From Candidatus Pelagibacter sp. HTCC7211 (GTDB lineage Bacteria > Pseudomonadota > Alphaproteobacteria > Pelagibacterales > Pelagibacteraceae): a stretch of 32,000 bases of DNA. Positions 24,123-32,000 of this stretch are shown here, piece after piece. The notes beneath the pieces were generated by a model. That model saw nothing but the letters and a program-made list of their open reading frames with translations, was not told the DNA's origin and ran no database searches. The translations under genes and the position numbers were made by a program. Positions within the stretch are counted from its first letter, which is position 1. Each line of letters opens with the position of its first letter. The DNA lies in assembly GCF_000155895.1 (NCBI RefSeq), contig NZ_DS995298.1, forward strand, positions 690,001-722,000, written 5' to 3'.

Positions 24123-26252
24123 ATGATAAATGAAAAAATTGATAAAACATTAGATTTTATTAATTTAGAACCTAAGTTTTTATTATCCATATTTAGAAAA
24201 TATTTAATTCATTTAATCATCATTACTTCTTTAATTGCTACGATTGTTTATCTATTTTCATTAAACTTAGATAAAAGATACAGAAGCACAGCTAAAATTG
24301 TAATTGAGCAAGATGATCGAAACGTAGTTAATATTCAAGAGTATGCTAGTTTTAATAGAAGTAATAGAATTAATAATCAGATAGCTATATTTAAAAGTGA
24401 TCAGGTTTTAGAATATATTATACAGGATAAAGAAAATTCTAAAAAATTTGAATTATTTTTCGCTGAAAACGATCAAAATTTTGTCCAAAAATTATTGAAT
24501 AAAAAAAAAACTTTTAACATTCAATCTTTAAAAGGCATCTTATCAAGCAGTATTTCAATTTCAAATATAAAAAATAGCGATATTTTGGTTTTATCTTTTG
24601 TTTCTACAAATCCAAGAGTAGCTAGATTAGCTCTGGAGAGAATTATAAATTCTTATCAAAGATATGAAATAGATAGTAAAATTCAGATTACAAATTATGC
24701 AAATGAAAAAATATCTGATCGATTAAAAATTTTAGTGCAAGAAATGGATATAGCGCAAAAAAAACTATCACAATATAAAAAAGAAAATAAATTAATAGAT
24801 ACAGGAAATGTAAAACAACTAAAAATTAATGAAATACAGTCAATTTCTAGAAGAATTATTGAAGCTAAACAGAAATACCAAAAACAACAAAATGATTTGT
24901 TATCTATTAAAGTAGCTGAAGGAGATATTGATGCATTACTTGCTATAAAAGATTTAAACTCAAGAAAAGATATTTCAAATATTAAAGATCTCTTAAGTTC
25001 TAATGAGAGTAATATTCAATCTCTTTCATTAATTTATACTGATCAACATCCAAAAATAATTCAAGCAATAGATAAAAAAAAAAATCTTAAAAAACAATTA
25101 AAAAATATTTTAAATAAGAATATAGAACTAAAAGCATTTGAGCTTAGCAATCTTAACAGTTTTATAAAACTTTCTGAAAAAGAAATGGAAAAAGTAACAA
25201 GTGAGCTTAGAGACATTGAAGAAAAAGAGTCAGGGATGTTAAAATTTACAAGAGAACTTGAAAGTAGTAAAAATTTATACAAATCTTTTTTACAAAGAGT
25301 AAAAGAGACAAATGAGGTTCAAAATCTTCAAGTATCAAAATTAAAAATTCTTGAAAGCCCCAACTTACCAGGTAGTCATTTTTATCCAAACCCCAAAAAA
25401 AATTCTATAATAGCTTTTATTGTCTCAGCCATTGGAGTGTTTTCTTTATTATTTATTAAAGAAATAAATTCATCTGCTTTAAGAAATACAGATGCTATTG
25501 AGTCACTGGAAATTTTACAATTAGGGGTTTTGCCTCGTGTATATAAGTCTAAAAATAGTTCGGATATAATACAAATGTTTAGTTCTGACAACGAATCTCA
25601 TTTTTCAGAGTCAATTAGATCATCTCGAACAATTATTGAATCAAAGTTTGATAAAAATAGTAGCTTTCTTATTACCTCTTCCAATCCCTCTGAGGGAAAA
25701 ACCACATTTGCATTTAATCTTGCTTTATCGCTTGAAAAATCAAATAAAGTTTTATTCATAGAGGGTGATCTAAGACGGCCAACAGTACTAAATAGATTTA
25801 TTGGTATTAGTACAAAAAAAAATGGATTAGGTGAGATTATATCTGGTAATTCTGAATTAAGTGATGTCGTACACGAAATACCTGGAACAAAATTAAATAT
25901 TATTACATCTGGAGAGACAAAGATAGACATGTCAGATGTTGTAAGCAAAGACCAATTGAAAAAATTTTTTGATACATTAAAAATTGAATACGATTATGTA
26001 ATTATTGACTCTCCTCCAGTTCAACCAGTTTCTGACACATTGATACTTGCACAAGCAGTAGATAAAAATTTTTTTATAATTAGAGCAGATGAAACAACCA
26101 CAGGTTCGTTATTGTCTTCAATTAAGAAAGTTAAAAGTGTTGGTGCAAAAATTGATGGAATTATTTTAAATGATGTTGATACCTCTAAAGGTAGTTATGG
26201 TTATTATAATTATTATCAAAACTATTATGGAAAGGCTTATAAATCAATTTAG
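24123..26252 (+). CDS. wzc: Polysaccharide co-polymerase / tyrosine autokinase (Wzc/ExoP/GumC type)
   Basis: N-terminal TM plus a Wzz-like coiled periplasmic domain, then a second TM (aa ~430-450). The cytoplasmic BY-kinase domain has Walker A SNPSEGKTT, Walker A' LFIEGDLRRP and Walker B DYVIIDSPP. The C-terminal Tyr cluster is GSYGYYNYYQNYYGKAY. Confidence 0.88.
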   Translation: MINEKIDKTLDFINLEPKFLLSIFRKYLIHLIIITSLIATIVYLFSLNLDKRYRSTAKIVIEQDDRNVVNIQEYASFNRSNRINNQIAIFKSDQVLEYIIQDKENSKKFELFFAENDQNFVQKLLNKKKTFNIQSLKGILSSSISISNIKNSDILVLSFVSTNPRVARLALERIINSYQRYEIDSKIQITNYANEKISDRLKILVQEMDIAQKKLSQYKKENKLIDTGNVKQLKINEIQSISRRIIEAKQKYQKQQNDLLSIKVAEGDIDALLAIKDLNSRKDISNIKDLLSSNESNIQSLSLIYTDQHPKIIQAIDKKKNLKKQLKNILNKNIELKAFELSNLNSFIKLSEKEMEKVTSELRDIEEKESGMLKFTRELESSKNLYKSFLQRVKETNEVQNLQVSKLKILESPNLPGSHFYPNPKKNSIIAFIVSAIGVFSLLFIKEINSSALRNTDAIESLEILQLGVLPRVYKSKNSSDIIQMFSSDNESHFSESIRSSRTIIESKFDKNSSFLITSSNPSEGKTTFAFNLALSLEKSNKVLFIEGDLRRPTVLNRFIGISTKKNGLGEIISGNSELSDVVHEIPGTKLNIITSGETKIDMSDVVSKDQLKKFFDTLKIEYDYVIIDSPPVQPVSDTLILAQAVDKNFFIIRADETTTGSLLSSIKKVKSVGAKIDGIILNDVDTSKGSYGYYNYYQNYYGKAYKSI

Positions 26253-26374
26253 TGATTTGAAAATTTTATGAATAAATTTCTAAAAAAAATTTAAGAACTC
26301 AAAAATTGATTCTATTACTCGATTATTTAACGTAGACAAAATAATTCGTTTTTAATAAAACTGTAAGTTGTATT

Positions 26375-27121
26375 ATGAAAAATAATAATAATAATATTAT
26401 TAAACCAAGTCTAAAATCTGATAATTTAAAGCAGGAAATTAACAACTTTAAGAATAAATTTTTAAATAAATCTGAATATTTTGTATGTGAACAAGATATA
26501 GTTGGATTAGTTATGAATAAATACTTAGATATTTTTCAAAATTTCTTTTTAAATAATCTTAAAAAATTAAAAAATAATTTTTTAGTTAAGATTTATAGAT
26601 TAATTGTTAAACGATCGAACCAAACAAGCAGACTTTTATCTAAATTTGAGTCATTAGAACAAAAAATAGATAGCCAACAATTAATAATTGAACGAAGCTT
26701 TAATTTAAATTCTAAATTACAAAAAGAAGTTGATTATATTAATAATGAGATAATCAATAATTTTAGTAAATTTCAAACAAATTTGAAAGAAAATAAAAAT
26801 GATGTAATAGGACACAATTCAAATACAAAAGTTGACTTTTATCAAGAAGAAAATTTAAGACTTGGAAGTGAATTAGTAGAAACTAAAAAGAAATTTGAAA
26901 TTTTAAAGAGCGAAATAGAAAGATATGAAAATCAAAGAAGTAATCTAATTTCAAAAATTAACTCAGTTAATGAGGTTATTAATGACTCTAATGTATTGAC
27001 TAATGTTTTTGAAAATAAAATTGAGCCAAAAATAAATATAATAGATCCTCAAAATATTCAAAAAAAATCTGAACCTGATTTAAATGAGCAGGTTAAAGCT
27101 ATTTTTTCAAAAAAAATATAA
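26375..27121 (+). CDS. Hypothetical coiled-coil protein (248 aa)
   Basis: ATG-initiated 248-codon ORF in very AT-rich DNA. Heptad-like, N/K/E/Q-rich sequence (…LEQKIDSQQLIIERSFNLNSKLQKEVDYINNEI…KKKFEILKSEIERYENQRSNLISKINS…). No recognisable catalytic motif. Confidence 0.6.
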   Translation: MKNNNNNIIKPSLKSDNLKQEINNFKNKFLNKSEYFVCEQDIVGLVMNKYLDIFQNFFLNNLKKLKNNFLVKIYRLIVKRSNQTSRLLSKFESLEQKIDSQQLIIERSFNLNSKLQKEVDYINNEIINNFSKFQTNLKENKNDVIGHNSNTKVDFYQEENLRLGSELVETKKKFEILKSEIERYENQRSNLISKINSVNEVINDSNVLTNVFENKIEPKINIIDPQNIQKKSEPDLNEQVKAIFSKKI

Positions 27122-27214
27122 TTTTATTTTTACCAAAATAGTAATGGAAATTGAATTTTAAGATTAATTTATGTAACCTAATATCATTTAATAATTTAAA
27201 TAAATAACATTTTA

Positions 27215-29659
27215 ATGAATAAAAAAATTCCAAACAAAACAAAAGTAGTTGTAATTGGAGGAGGGGTAATCGGCTGTTCTGTTGCCTATCATTTGGCAAA
27301 GTTTGGATGGAAAGAAACAATCGTTTTAGAAAGAGATCAATTAACATCAGGAACAACATGGCATGCTGCTGGACTGGTTAGCCAATTAGGACCCTCTGCA
27401 GCAGTAACTAAAATAAGAAAATATTCTTTAGATTTATATAAAGAATTAGAAAAAAAAGTCGAGCATTCAGCTGGACTAAGATTAAACGGAGCACTTTCTA
27501 TTGCACAAAATCAAGGAAGATGGCAAGAACTTCAGAGACAAGCAACAAATGCACAGCTTTATGATGTTGATGTAAGAATTTTAGAAAAAGATCAAATTAA
27601 AAAAGATTATCCAATTATTAACACTGAAGATATTCTAGGAGGAATCTTTATGCCTGGAGATGGTGCAGCAGATCCATCAGGTGTTACTTATATGTTAGCA
27701 AAAGCTGCAAAAAGAGAAGGCGCTCAAATTTTTGAACAATCACCTGTTGATGAAATTTTAACCAAGAATGGAAGAATTGAGGGTGTAAAAGTTAAAGGTC
27801 AAATAATTGAGTGTGAATATATAGTTCTTGCTTCTGGAATGTGGTCAAGACAAATTGGTGAAAAAGCAGGAGTGAGTATTCCATTATATCCTGCGGAACA
27901 CTTTTATATAATTACTGAACCTATAGAAAATCTATCAAAAACCTTACCTACAATTAGAGATTTTGATAATCGCACCTATATTAAAGAAGATGCAGGTAAA
28001 TTATTAGTTGGTATTTTTGAAGCTAATTCCATACCAGCATTTGATAAAACAAATAAAGTGCCAGAGGATTTTTCTTTTGGAGAATTTCAAGAAAATTTTG
28101 AACATTTTGAACCATATTTAAATACTGCAATAAAAAGATTTCCAGTTTTAGAAACTACTGGAATTAGAAAGTTTTTTTCTGGTCCAGAATCATTTACACC
28201 TGATACAAACACATTACTAGGAGAAGTCCCAGAAATTAAAAATTTTTTTGTAAGTTGCGGATTAAATAGTATTGGAATTGGAAGCGGTGGTGGAATTGGT
28301 AAAGTTACAGCTGAATGGTTAATGACAGGTCATATCAATGAGGATATTTTTAGTTATGATATAAAAAGATTTCAAAACTTTCATTCAGAACTTGGTTTTA
28401 TTAAAGAGAGAATTACAGAAAGTTTAGGTGATTTATATGGAGTGCATTGGCCCTTCAAACAACATAAAACTTCTAGAAATATTAAAACATTACCACATCA
28501 TGAAAATCTAAAAAGATTTGGCGCATGTTTCGGTGTTTCAGGTGGATATGAAAGACCAATGTGGTTTGCTTTAAATGGAAAAAAAGCTGAATATGAATAC
28601 AGTTATAATTATCAAAATTGGTATCCATCAGCAGAATATGAAAGTAAAAATACAATAAAGAATGTTGGTCTATTTGACTTAACACCTTTTTCTAAGTTTG
28701 AGATATTTTCAGAAAATGCTCATGAAGAATTACAAAAAATTTGTACAGCAAATATTAAAAATGAAATTGGAAAATGTACATATACACAAATGCTAAATAG
28801 TGATGGTGGAATTGAAACAGATTTAACAGTTATTTGTCTTGATAAAAATTATTTTAGGATAATTAGTTCAGCTGCAACTAGAGAAAGAGATAAATTTCAT
28901 ATAAAAAAACACATTTCTTCAGATATTGAATTAAAAGATGTCACTGATGATTTTTGTGTTTTTGGACTATTTGGTCCCAAAAGTAGAGATTTGATTAAAA
29001 GTTTAAGTAATGACAATTTTGAAAATAATGATTTTAAATTTGCAACAGCTAAATTTATTTATATTGAAGGAATTAAAATTTGGATTCAAAGATTATCTTA
29101 TGTTGGTGAACTAGGTTATGAATTTTATGTAAAATTAAAAGATACAAAAAAAATATATGAGTTAATAGTAGAGGTAGGAAAAAATTTTAATCTCTCAAAT
29201 TGTGGCATGCATACAATGGATATCATGAGAATGGAAAGTGGATTTTTACATTGGGGGCACGATATTTCACCTGATGAAAATCAATATGAGGCAGGTTTAA
29301 ATTTTGCAATTAGTTATAAAAAAAATGTAAAATTTATAGGAAGAGATACTTTATTAAAGATCAAAGATAAAAAATTAAACAAACGATTTGTTATGTTATG
29401 TTTAAAAGATAGCAACCCTGGTGAGCCTTTACTTTTACACGACGAACCAATTTATTTAGATGATAGAATAATAGGAGTAACTACCTCTGGTAATTTTTCA
29501 TTTAATTATAATAAAAATTTATCTTTTGGATATATAAATTCAAATTTAAGCAATGAGGAATTATTAAAAGAGAACTTATATATTGAAATTGAAAAAAAAA
29601 AATATTCAGCAGAAATTTTGCTAAAACCATTAAAACTAACAAATTTTAAAAATTTATAA
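27215..29659 (+). CDS. Dimethylglycine/sarcosine dehydrogenase family flavoenzyme (DAO FAD domain + GcvT-like folate-binding domain)
   Basis: 814 aa. Dinucleotide fold VVVIGGGVIGCSVAYHLAK. Covalent-FAD histidine motif SGTTWHAAGL. C-terminal aminomethyltransferase-like blocks (FGLFGPKSRDL, SYVGELGYEFYV, MRMESGFLHWGHD). Confidence 0.88.
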   Translation: MNKKIPNKTKVVVIGGGVIGCSVAYHLAKFGWKETIVLERDQLTSGTTWHAAGLVSQLGPSAAVTKIRKYSLDLYKELEKKVEHSAGLRLNGALSIAQNQGRWQELQRQATNAQLYDVDVRILEKDQIKKDYPIINTEDILGGIFMPGDGAADPSGVTYMLAKAAKREGAQIFEQSPVDEILTKNGRIEGVKVKGQIIECEYIVLASGMWSRQIGEKAGVSIPLYPAEHFYIITEPIENLSKTLPTIRDFDNRTYIKEDAGKLLVGIFEANSIPAFDKTNKVPEDFSFGEFQENFEHFEPYLNTAIKRFPVLETTGIRKFFSGPESFTPDTNTLLGEVPEIKNFFVSCGLNSIGIGSGGGIGKVTAEWLMTGHINEDIFSYDIKRFQNFHSELGFIKERITESLGDLYGVHWPFKQHKTSRNIKTLPHHENLKRFGACFGVSGGYERPMWFALNGKKAEYEYSYNYQNWYPSAEYESKNTIKNVGLFDLTPFSKFEIFSENAHEELQKICTANIKNEIGKCTYTQMLNSDGGIETDLTVICLDKNYFRIISSAATRERDKFHIKKHISSDIELKDVTDDFCVFGLFGPKSRDLIKSLSNDNFENNDFKFATAKFIYIEGIKIWIQRLSYVGELGYEFYVKLKDTKKIYELIVEVGKNFNLSNCGMHTMDIMRMESGFLHWGHDISPDENQYEAGLNFAISYKKNVKFIGRDTLLKIKDKKLNKRFVMLCLKDSNPGEPLLLHDEPIYLDDRIIGVTTSGNFSFNYNKNLSFGYINSNLSNEELLKENLYIEIEKKKYSAEILLKPLKLTNFKNL

Positions 29660-29710
29660 TTTATAGAATAAATGAATTGTTTTTTTGTATATTAGCTGTT
29701 TAAATAGGAT

Positions 29711-29923
29711 ATGAAAAAAATGATTAAAGATAAATATTCATTAAACGCAAATTTAAATCCTCAAATCAAATATTTTTCAGATCACATAAAAACAACTAAT
29801 ATAAATATATTATTAAATAGAGTAAAAATTGAAAAAAAAAATGATTTCAAAAAGAAAGTTTATCTTTTTTCAATGTTGTCTTTTCTAATTATTTTTTTTT
29901 CAGTTATAATGATTTATATCTGA
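29711..29923 (+). CDS. Hypothetical small tail-anchored membrane protein (70 aa)
   Basis: ATG start. Basic N-terminal part and a single C-terminal TM (VYLFSMLSFLIIFFSVIMIYI). The motif NINILLNRVKIEKKNDFKKK resembles FNKLNHKLHISQKKDKLRN of the 74-aa ORF at 10392. Confidence 0.4.
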   Translation: MKKMIKDKYSLNANLNPQIKYFSDHIKTTNINILLNRVKIEKKNDFKKKVYLFSMLSFLIIFFSVIMIYI

Positions 29924-29980
29924 ATTTTAAAAATTTAAATTTCTCTAATAAAATTATTGATAATAAATACATAATTTTTT

Positions 29981-30691
29981 TTAGTTTTTGTAGATGTATA
30001 TAAAATTATCTTGATCAGGATTATTTTCGTTATTTACCTCTTGAATTTTATAATATGGTAATTCTAAGTTAAAAGGATCTTTCAATAAATTAATTTTTCT
30101 GTGTTGACCAGTTGAAATTTCTTTATTTAAATTTACACTTTCATAATTGTTAAAAGCAAAATACTTACAATTTGAATTCTTTAAATTTGTTAAAATTTTT
30201 TTAATCATTGGAAGAGGTAAGTGTATAAAGAAATCCCTCATTAATATAAAATCATAATTATTAAATTTATTATATTCCGTTAAATCTTTGCAATAAAATT
30301 CAATATTTGAATTTGAATTAAATGTAACTTTATTTTGATTTATTAAATCCTCCACAACATCAATTCCAGTATATTTAATATCTGTTTGAAAAATTTTTTT
30401 AATCCAGGCACAATCACCACAAGGGGCATCTAAAATATTTTTAATATTGTTTTCTTTAAAAAATTTTTGAAACTCAAAAATTAAATTATTTGTTTGAATT
30501 GAATTGGCTGCTGAACCAGGACCAGAGTAAGATTGATTTGAATCAAATTTTTGGTTTTTATTCCAATGATTTGATTTGTAAATTGAATTAAAGACAATTT
30601 TGTTTAATGCTTTTTGACTTACAAATTTTGAAAAAAAATTATTAACAAATATTTTTCTAATCCAATAATATTTGTTTAAATACTTGCTCAA
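29981..30691 (-). CDS. Class I SAM-dependent methyltransferase
   Basis: Motif I ILDAPCGDCAW, a downstream acidic residue (YTGIDVVE), and FILMRDFFIHLP (post-II/III). Only a TTG start (30691) is available, and there is no in-frame ATG until far downstream. Confidence 0.65.
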   Translation of the reverse strand: MSKYLNKYYWIRKIFVNNFFSKFVSQKALNKIVFNSIYKSNHWNKNQKFDSNQSYSGPGSAANSIQTNNLIFEFQKFFKENNIKNILDAPCGDCAWIKKIFQTDIKYTGIDVVEDLINQNKVTFNSNSNIEFYCKDLTEYNKFNNYDFILMRDFFIHLPLPMIKKILTNLKNSNCKYFAFNNYESVNLNKEISTGQHRKINLLKDPFNLELPYYKIQEVNNENNPDQDNFIYIYKN

Positions 30692-30730
30692 AATATGAAA
30701 TTTTAAAAATTTTAATAAATTAATAGTATA

Positions 30731-30759
30731 TTGAATTAAAATTTAAAAATAGTATAAAA
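30731..30759 (+). promoter_or_regulatory. Candidate sigma-70-like promoter for the tRNA gene
   Basis: TTGAAT (30731-30736), a 16-nt spacer, then TATAAA (30753-30758), about 15 nt upstream of the tRNA 5' end. Such matches are common in AT-rich DNA. Confidence 0.25.
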
Positions 30760-30773
30760 CTCATGTATTATAT

Positions 30774-30850
30774 GGCGGGGTAGCTCAGTTGGTTAGAGCG
30801 CAGGACTCATAAGCCTGAGGTCAGTGGTTCGATCCCACTTCCCGCTACCA
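30774..30850 (+). tRNA. tRNA with anticodon CAT: elongator tRNA-Met, or tRNA-Ile2 if C34 is lysidinylated; not an initiator
   Basis: The 77-nt cloverleaf, read by hand, folds as follows. Acceptor GGCGGGG/TCCCGCT has G:U pairs at 1:72 and 7:66. D arm is GCTC-AGTTGGTTA-GAGC. Anticodon arm is CAGGA-CTCATAA-GCCTG, with CAT at 30808-30810 and an A31/G39 mismatch. Variable loop is AGGTC. T arm is AGTGG-TTCGATC-CCACT. Discriminator is A and CCA is encoded. It lacks the three G:C pairs in the anticodon stem that mark an initiator. Confidence 0.9.
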
Positions 30851-30851
30851 A

Positions 30852-31379
30852 TTAGTGTCCAGGAAAATTAATTAAATTTTCAACTTCATAGCTTTTTTTA
30901 ATTAAATTTTCAGAACCGCCTAAATCAAATAAATTTATAACAAAAACAAAAGCCGCGACCTTTCCTCCTGATATTTCAATTAGTTTAGCTGCAGCTTCAG
31001 CTGTTCCACCAGTTGCTATTAAATCGTCAATAATCAAAACAGTATCTTTTTGATGAATAGAGTCTTTGTGAACCTCTATTGTTGCTGTGCCGTACTCTAA
31101 TTCGAAATCTATAGAATGAACATCCGCTGGTAATTTATTTTTTTTTCTTAACATTATGAATGGTTTTTTTAGTATATAGGAAACAGCTGACGCAAACACA
31201 AAACCTCTAGATTCTATCGCTGCAACTTTTGTAAAACTATATTTTTTTGATCTTTCTACAATTTGATTAATAGTTTCAGCAAAAGCATTTTCATCTTTAA
31301 TTAAAGTCGTGATATCTCTAAATAATATGCCTTTTTTTGGATAATCAGGAATTGAACGAATATAATTTTTTAAATTCAT
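30852..31379 (-). CDS. apt: Adenine phosphoribosyltransferase
   Basis: 175 aa. N-terminal IRSIPDYPKKGILFRDIT and PRPP-binding motif VLIIDDLIATGGTAEA. Its stop codon begins 1 nt after the tRNA 3' end. Confidence 0.93.
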   Translation of the reverse strand: MNLKNYIRSIPDYPKKGILFRDITTLIKDENAFAETINQIVERSKKYSFTKVAAIESRGFVFASAVSYILKKPFIMLRKKNKLPADVHSIDFELEYGTATIEVHKDSIHQKDTVLIIDDLIATGGTAEAAAKLIEISGGKVAAFVFVINLFDLGGSENLIKKSYEVENLINFPGH

Positions 31380-31420
31380 AATTGTAAAATATAAAAGTAT
31401 AAATAATTAAATTTTTAACT

Positions 31421-32000
31421 ATGACAACAAATAAATTAGCAATAATTGGTGGAAGTGGTTTATATGATATTGTAGAATTTAAAGAAAGAGAATTACTTGA
31501 TTTAAATACTCCATGGGGAAAACCATCTGATCAAATTTTAAAGACAATTTATAAGAATAAAGAAGTTTATTTTTTGCCTAGACATGGAAGAGGGCATTAT
31601 GTTTCACCAACAAATATAAATTTTAGAGCAAACATAGATGCACTTAAACAATTAGGTGTTACAGATATTGTTTCAGTATCTGCAGTTGGATCATTGCGAG
31701 AGGATTTACCACCAGGAAAATTTGTAATTGTAGATCAATTTATCGATAGAACATTTTCTAGAATAAAAACTTTCTTTGATGATGAAATTGTTGCTCATGT
31801 TTCTATGGCCCATCCAACTTCAAACGGATTAATGAATGCATGCGAAGAAGCTATAAAAAAATCCAATATAGATTATCAGAAAAATGGCACTTACGTTGTA
31901 ATGGAAGGTCCTCAATTTTCAACCTTGGCTGAGTCTAATTTATATAGGTCGTGGAAGGCAGATGTGATCGGAATGACTAATATGCCAGAGGCAAAATTAG
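31421..32000 (+). CDS. mtnP: S-methyl-5'-thioadenosine phosphorylase (PNP/MTAP family), 3'-truncated by the window edge
   Basis: It is absent from the ORF track because there is no stop in the window. My translation from ATG 31421 is MTTNKLAIIGGSGLYD…TPWGKPSD…FLPRHGRGH…NIDALKQLGVTDIVSVSAVGSL…VVMEGPQFSTLAESNLYRSW.ADVIGMTNMPEAKL. These are canonical MTAP blocks. Confidence 0.88.
   Translation, partial: MTTNKLAIIGGSGLYDIVEFKERELLDLNTPWGKPSDQILKTIYKNKEVYFLPRHGRGHYVSPTNINFRANIDALKQLGVTDIVSVSAVGSLREDLPPGKFVIVDQFIDRTFSRIKTFFDDEIVAHVSMAHPTSNGLMNACEEAIKKSNIDYQKNGTYVVMEGPQFSTLAESNLYRSWKADVIGMTNMPEAKL

Noticed and set aside
27122-27214. Looked for a glycine riboswitch or other leader upstream of the DMGDH-family gene, and likewise upstream of the aminotransferase (15374-15567) and the HisD-family gene (6184-6347)
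   Set aside because: These spacers are almost pure A/T. I found none of the conserved G/C-rich helices or the GGAGAG…CACCG-type cores, and no recognisable riboswitch architecture by eye. A covariance-model scan (Infernal/Rfam) would settle it.
29660-30850. tRNA gene as an integration hotspot for the AT-rich segment holding the small ORF and the methyltransferase
   Set aside because: There is no integrase or recombinase. I saw no direct repeat of the tRNA 3' end anywhere in the window. The AT-rich genes also lie on the 5' side of the tRNA, whereas islands normally insert at the 3' end, which here is occupied by apt 1 nt away.
1-32000. CRISPR arrays, IS elements or transposases, toxin-antitoxin pairs, restriction-modification or other recognisable defence systems
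   Set aside because: The only repeat found is the intragenic 486-bp tandem, with no short repeat-spacer periodicity. No ORF shows transposase, integrase, nuclease, helicase or toxin motifs. The only methyltransferase is a small class-I SAM enzyme without DNA-MTase motifs (no DPPY/NPPY or PC-ENV).

Overview
AT-rich, extremely gene-dense bacterial chromosomal segment. Composition, compaction and gene content look like a streamlined marine alphaproteobacterium of the SAR11/Pelagibacterales type; this is inference only, as no marker gene is present. I support about 27 protein genes, one tRNA and no rRNA, CRISPR, IS element, integrase or prophage. Gene order, left to right: (1) proX(5'-truncated)-proV-proW glycine-betaine ABC importer, with a LysE-family exporter 9 nt downstream. 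(2) A stand-alone PAPS-type sulfotransferase. (3) An orphan HisD-family dehydrogenase and a short PTA_PTB phosphotransacylase. (4) An epoxide-hydrolase-like alpha/beta hydrolase plus a BASS-family Na+ symporter. (5) A very AT-rich internally duplicated winged-helix regulator. (6) A tauA-tauB-tauC-like ABC operon ending in an Ldh_2-family dehydrogenase, divergent from an omega-amino-acid:pyruvate aminotransferase + alanine dehydrogenase pair. (7) A markedly more AT-rich envelope island (about 18.1-27.1 kb). It holds a 1009-aa secreted FecR-domain protein with a perfect 486-bp in-frame tandem duplication, a Wzy_C (O-antigen ligase/polymerase/O-OTase family) membrane protein, Wza, a Wzc tyrosine autokinase and a coiled-coil protein. 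(8) A DMGDH/SARDH-family flavoenzyme, a small membrane ORF, a SAM methyltransferase, tRNA-CAT, apt and a 3'-truncated MTA phosphorylase. The most unusual items are four. First, two ABC permeases carry large extra N-terminal modules: a roughly 390-aa predicted periplasmic domain in the TauC-like permease, and a DUF2628-like 4-TM module on ProW. Second, a scattered organosulfonate-type enzyme set has no desulfonating enzyme in the window. Third, the repeat protein is closely juxtaposed (2-nt gap or 4-nt overlap) with the Wzy_C gene. Fourth, there is a single-chain tandem wHTH regulator with a 17-nt direct repeat at its 5' end. All functional calls rest on motif and family recognition by eye; no database search was run.
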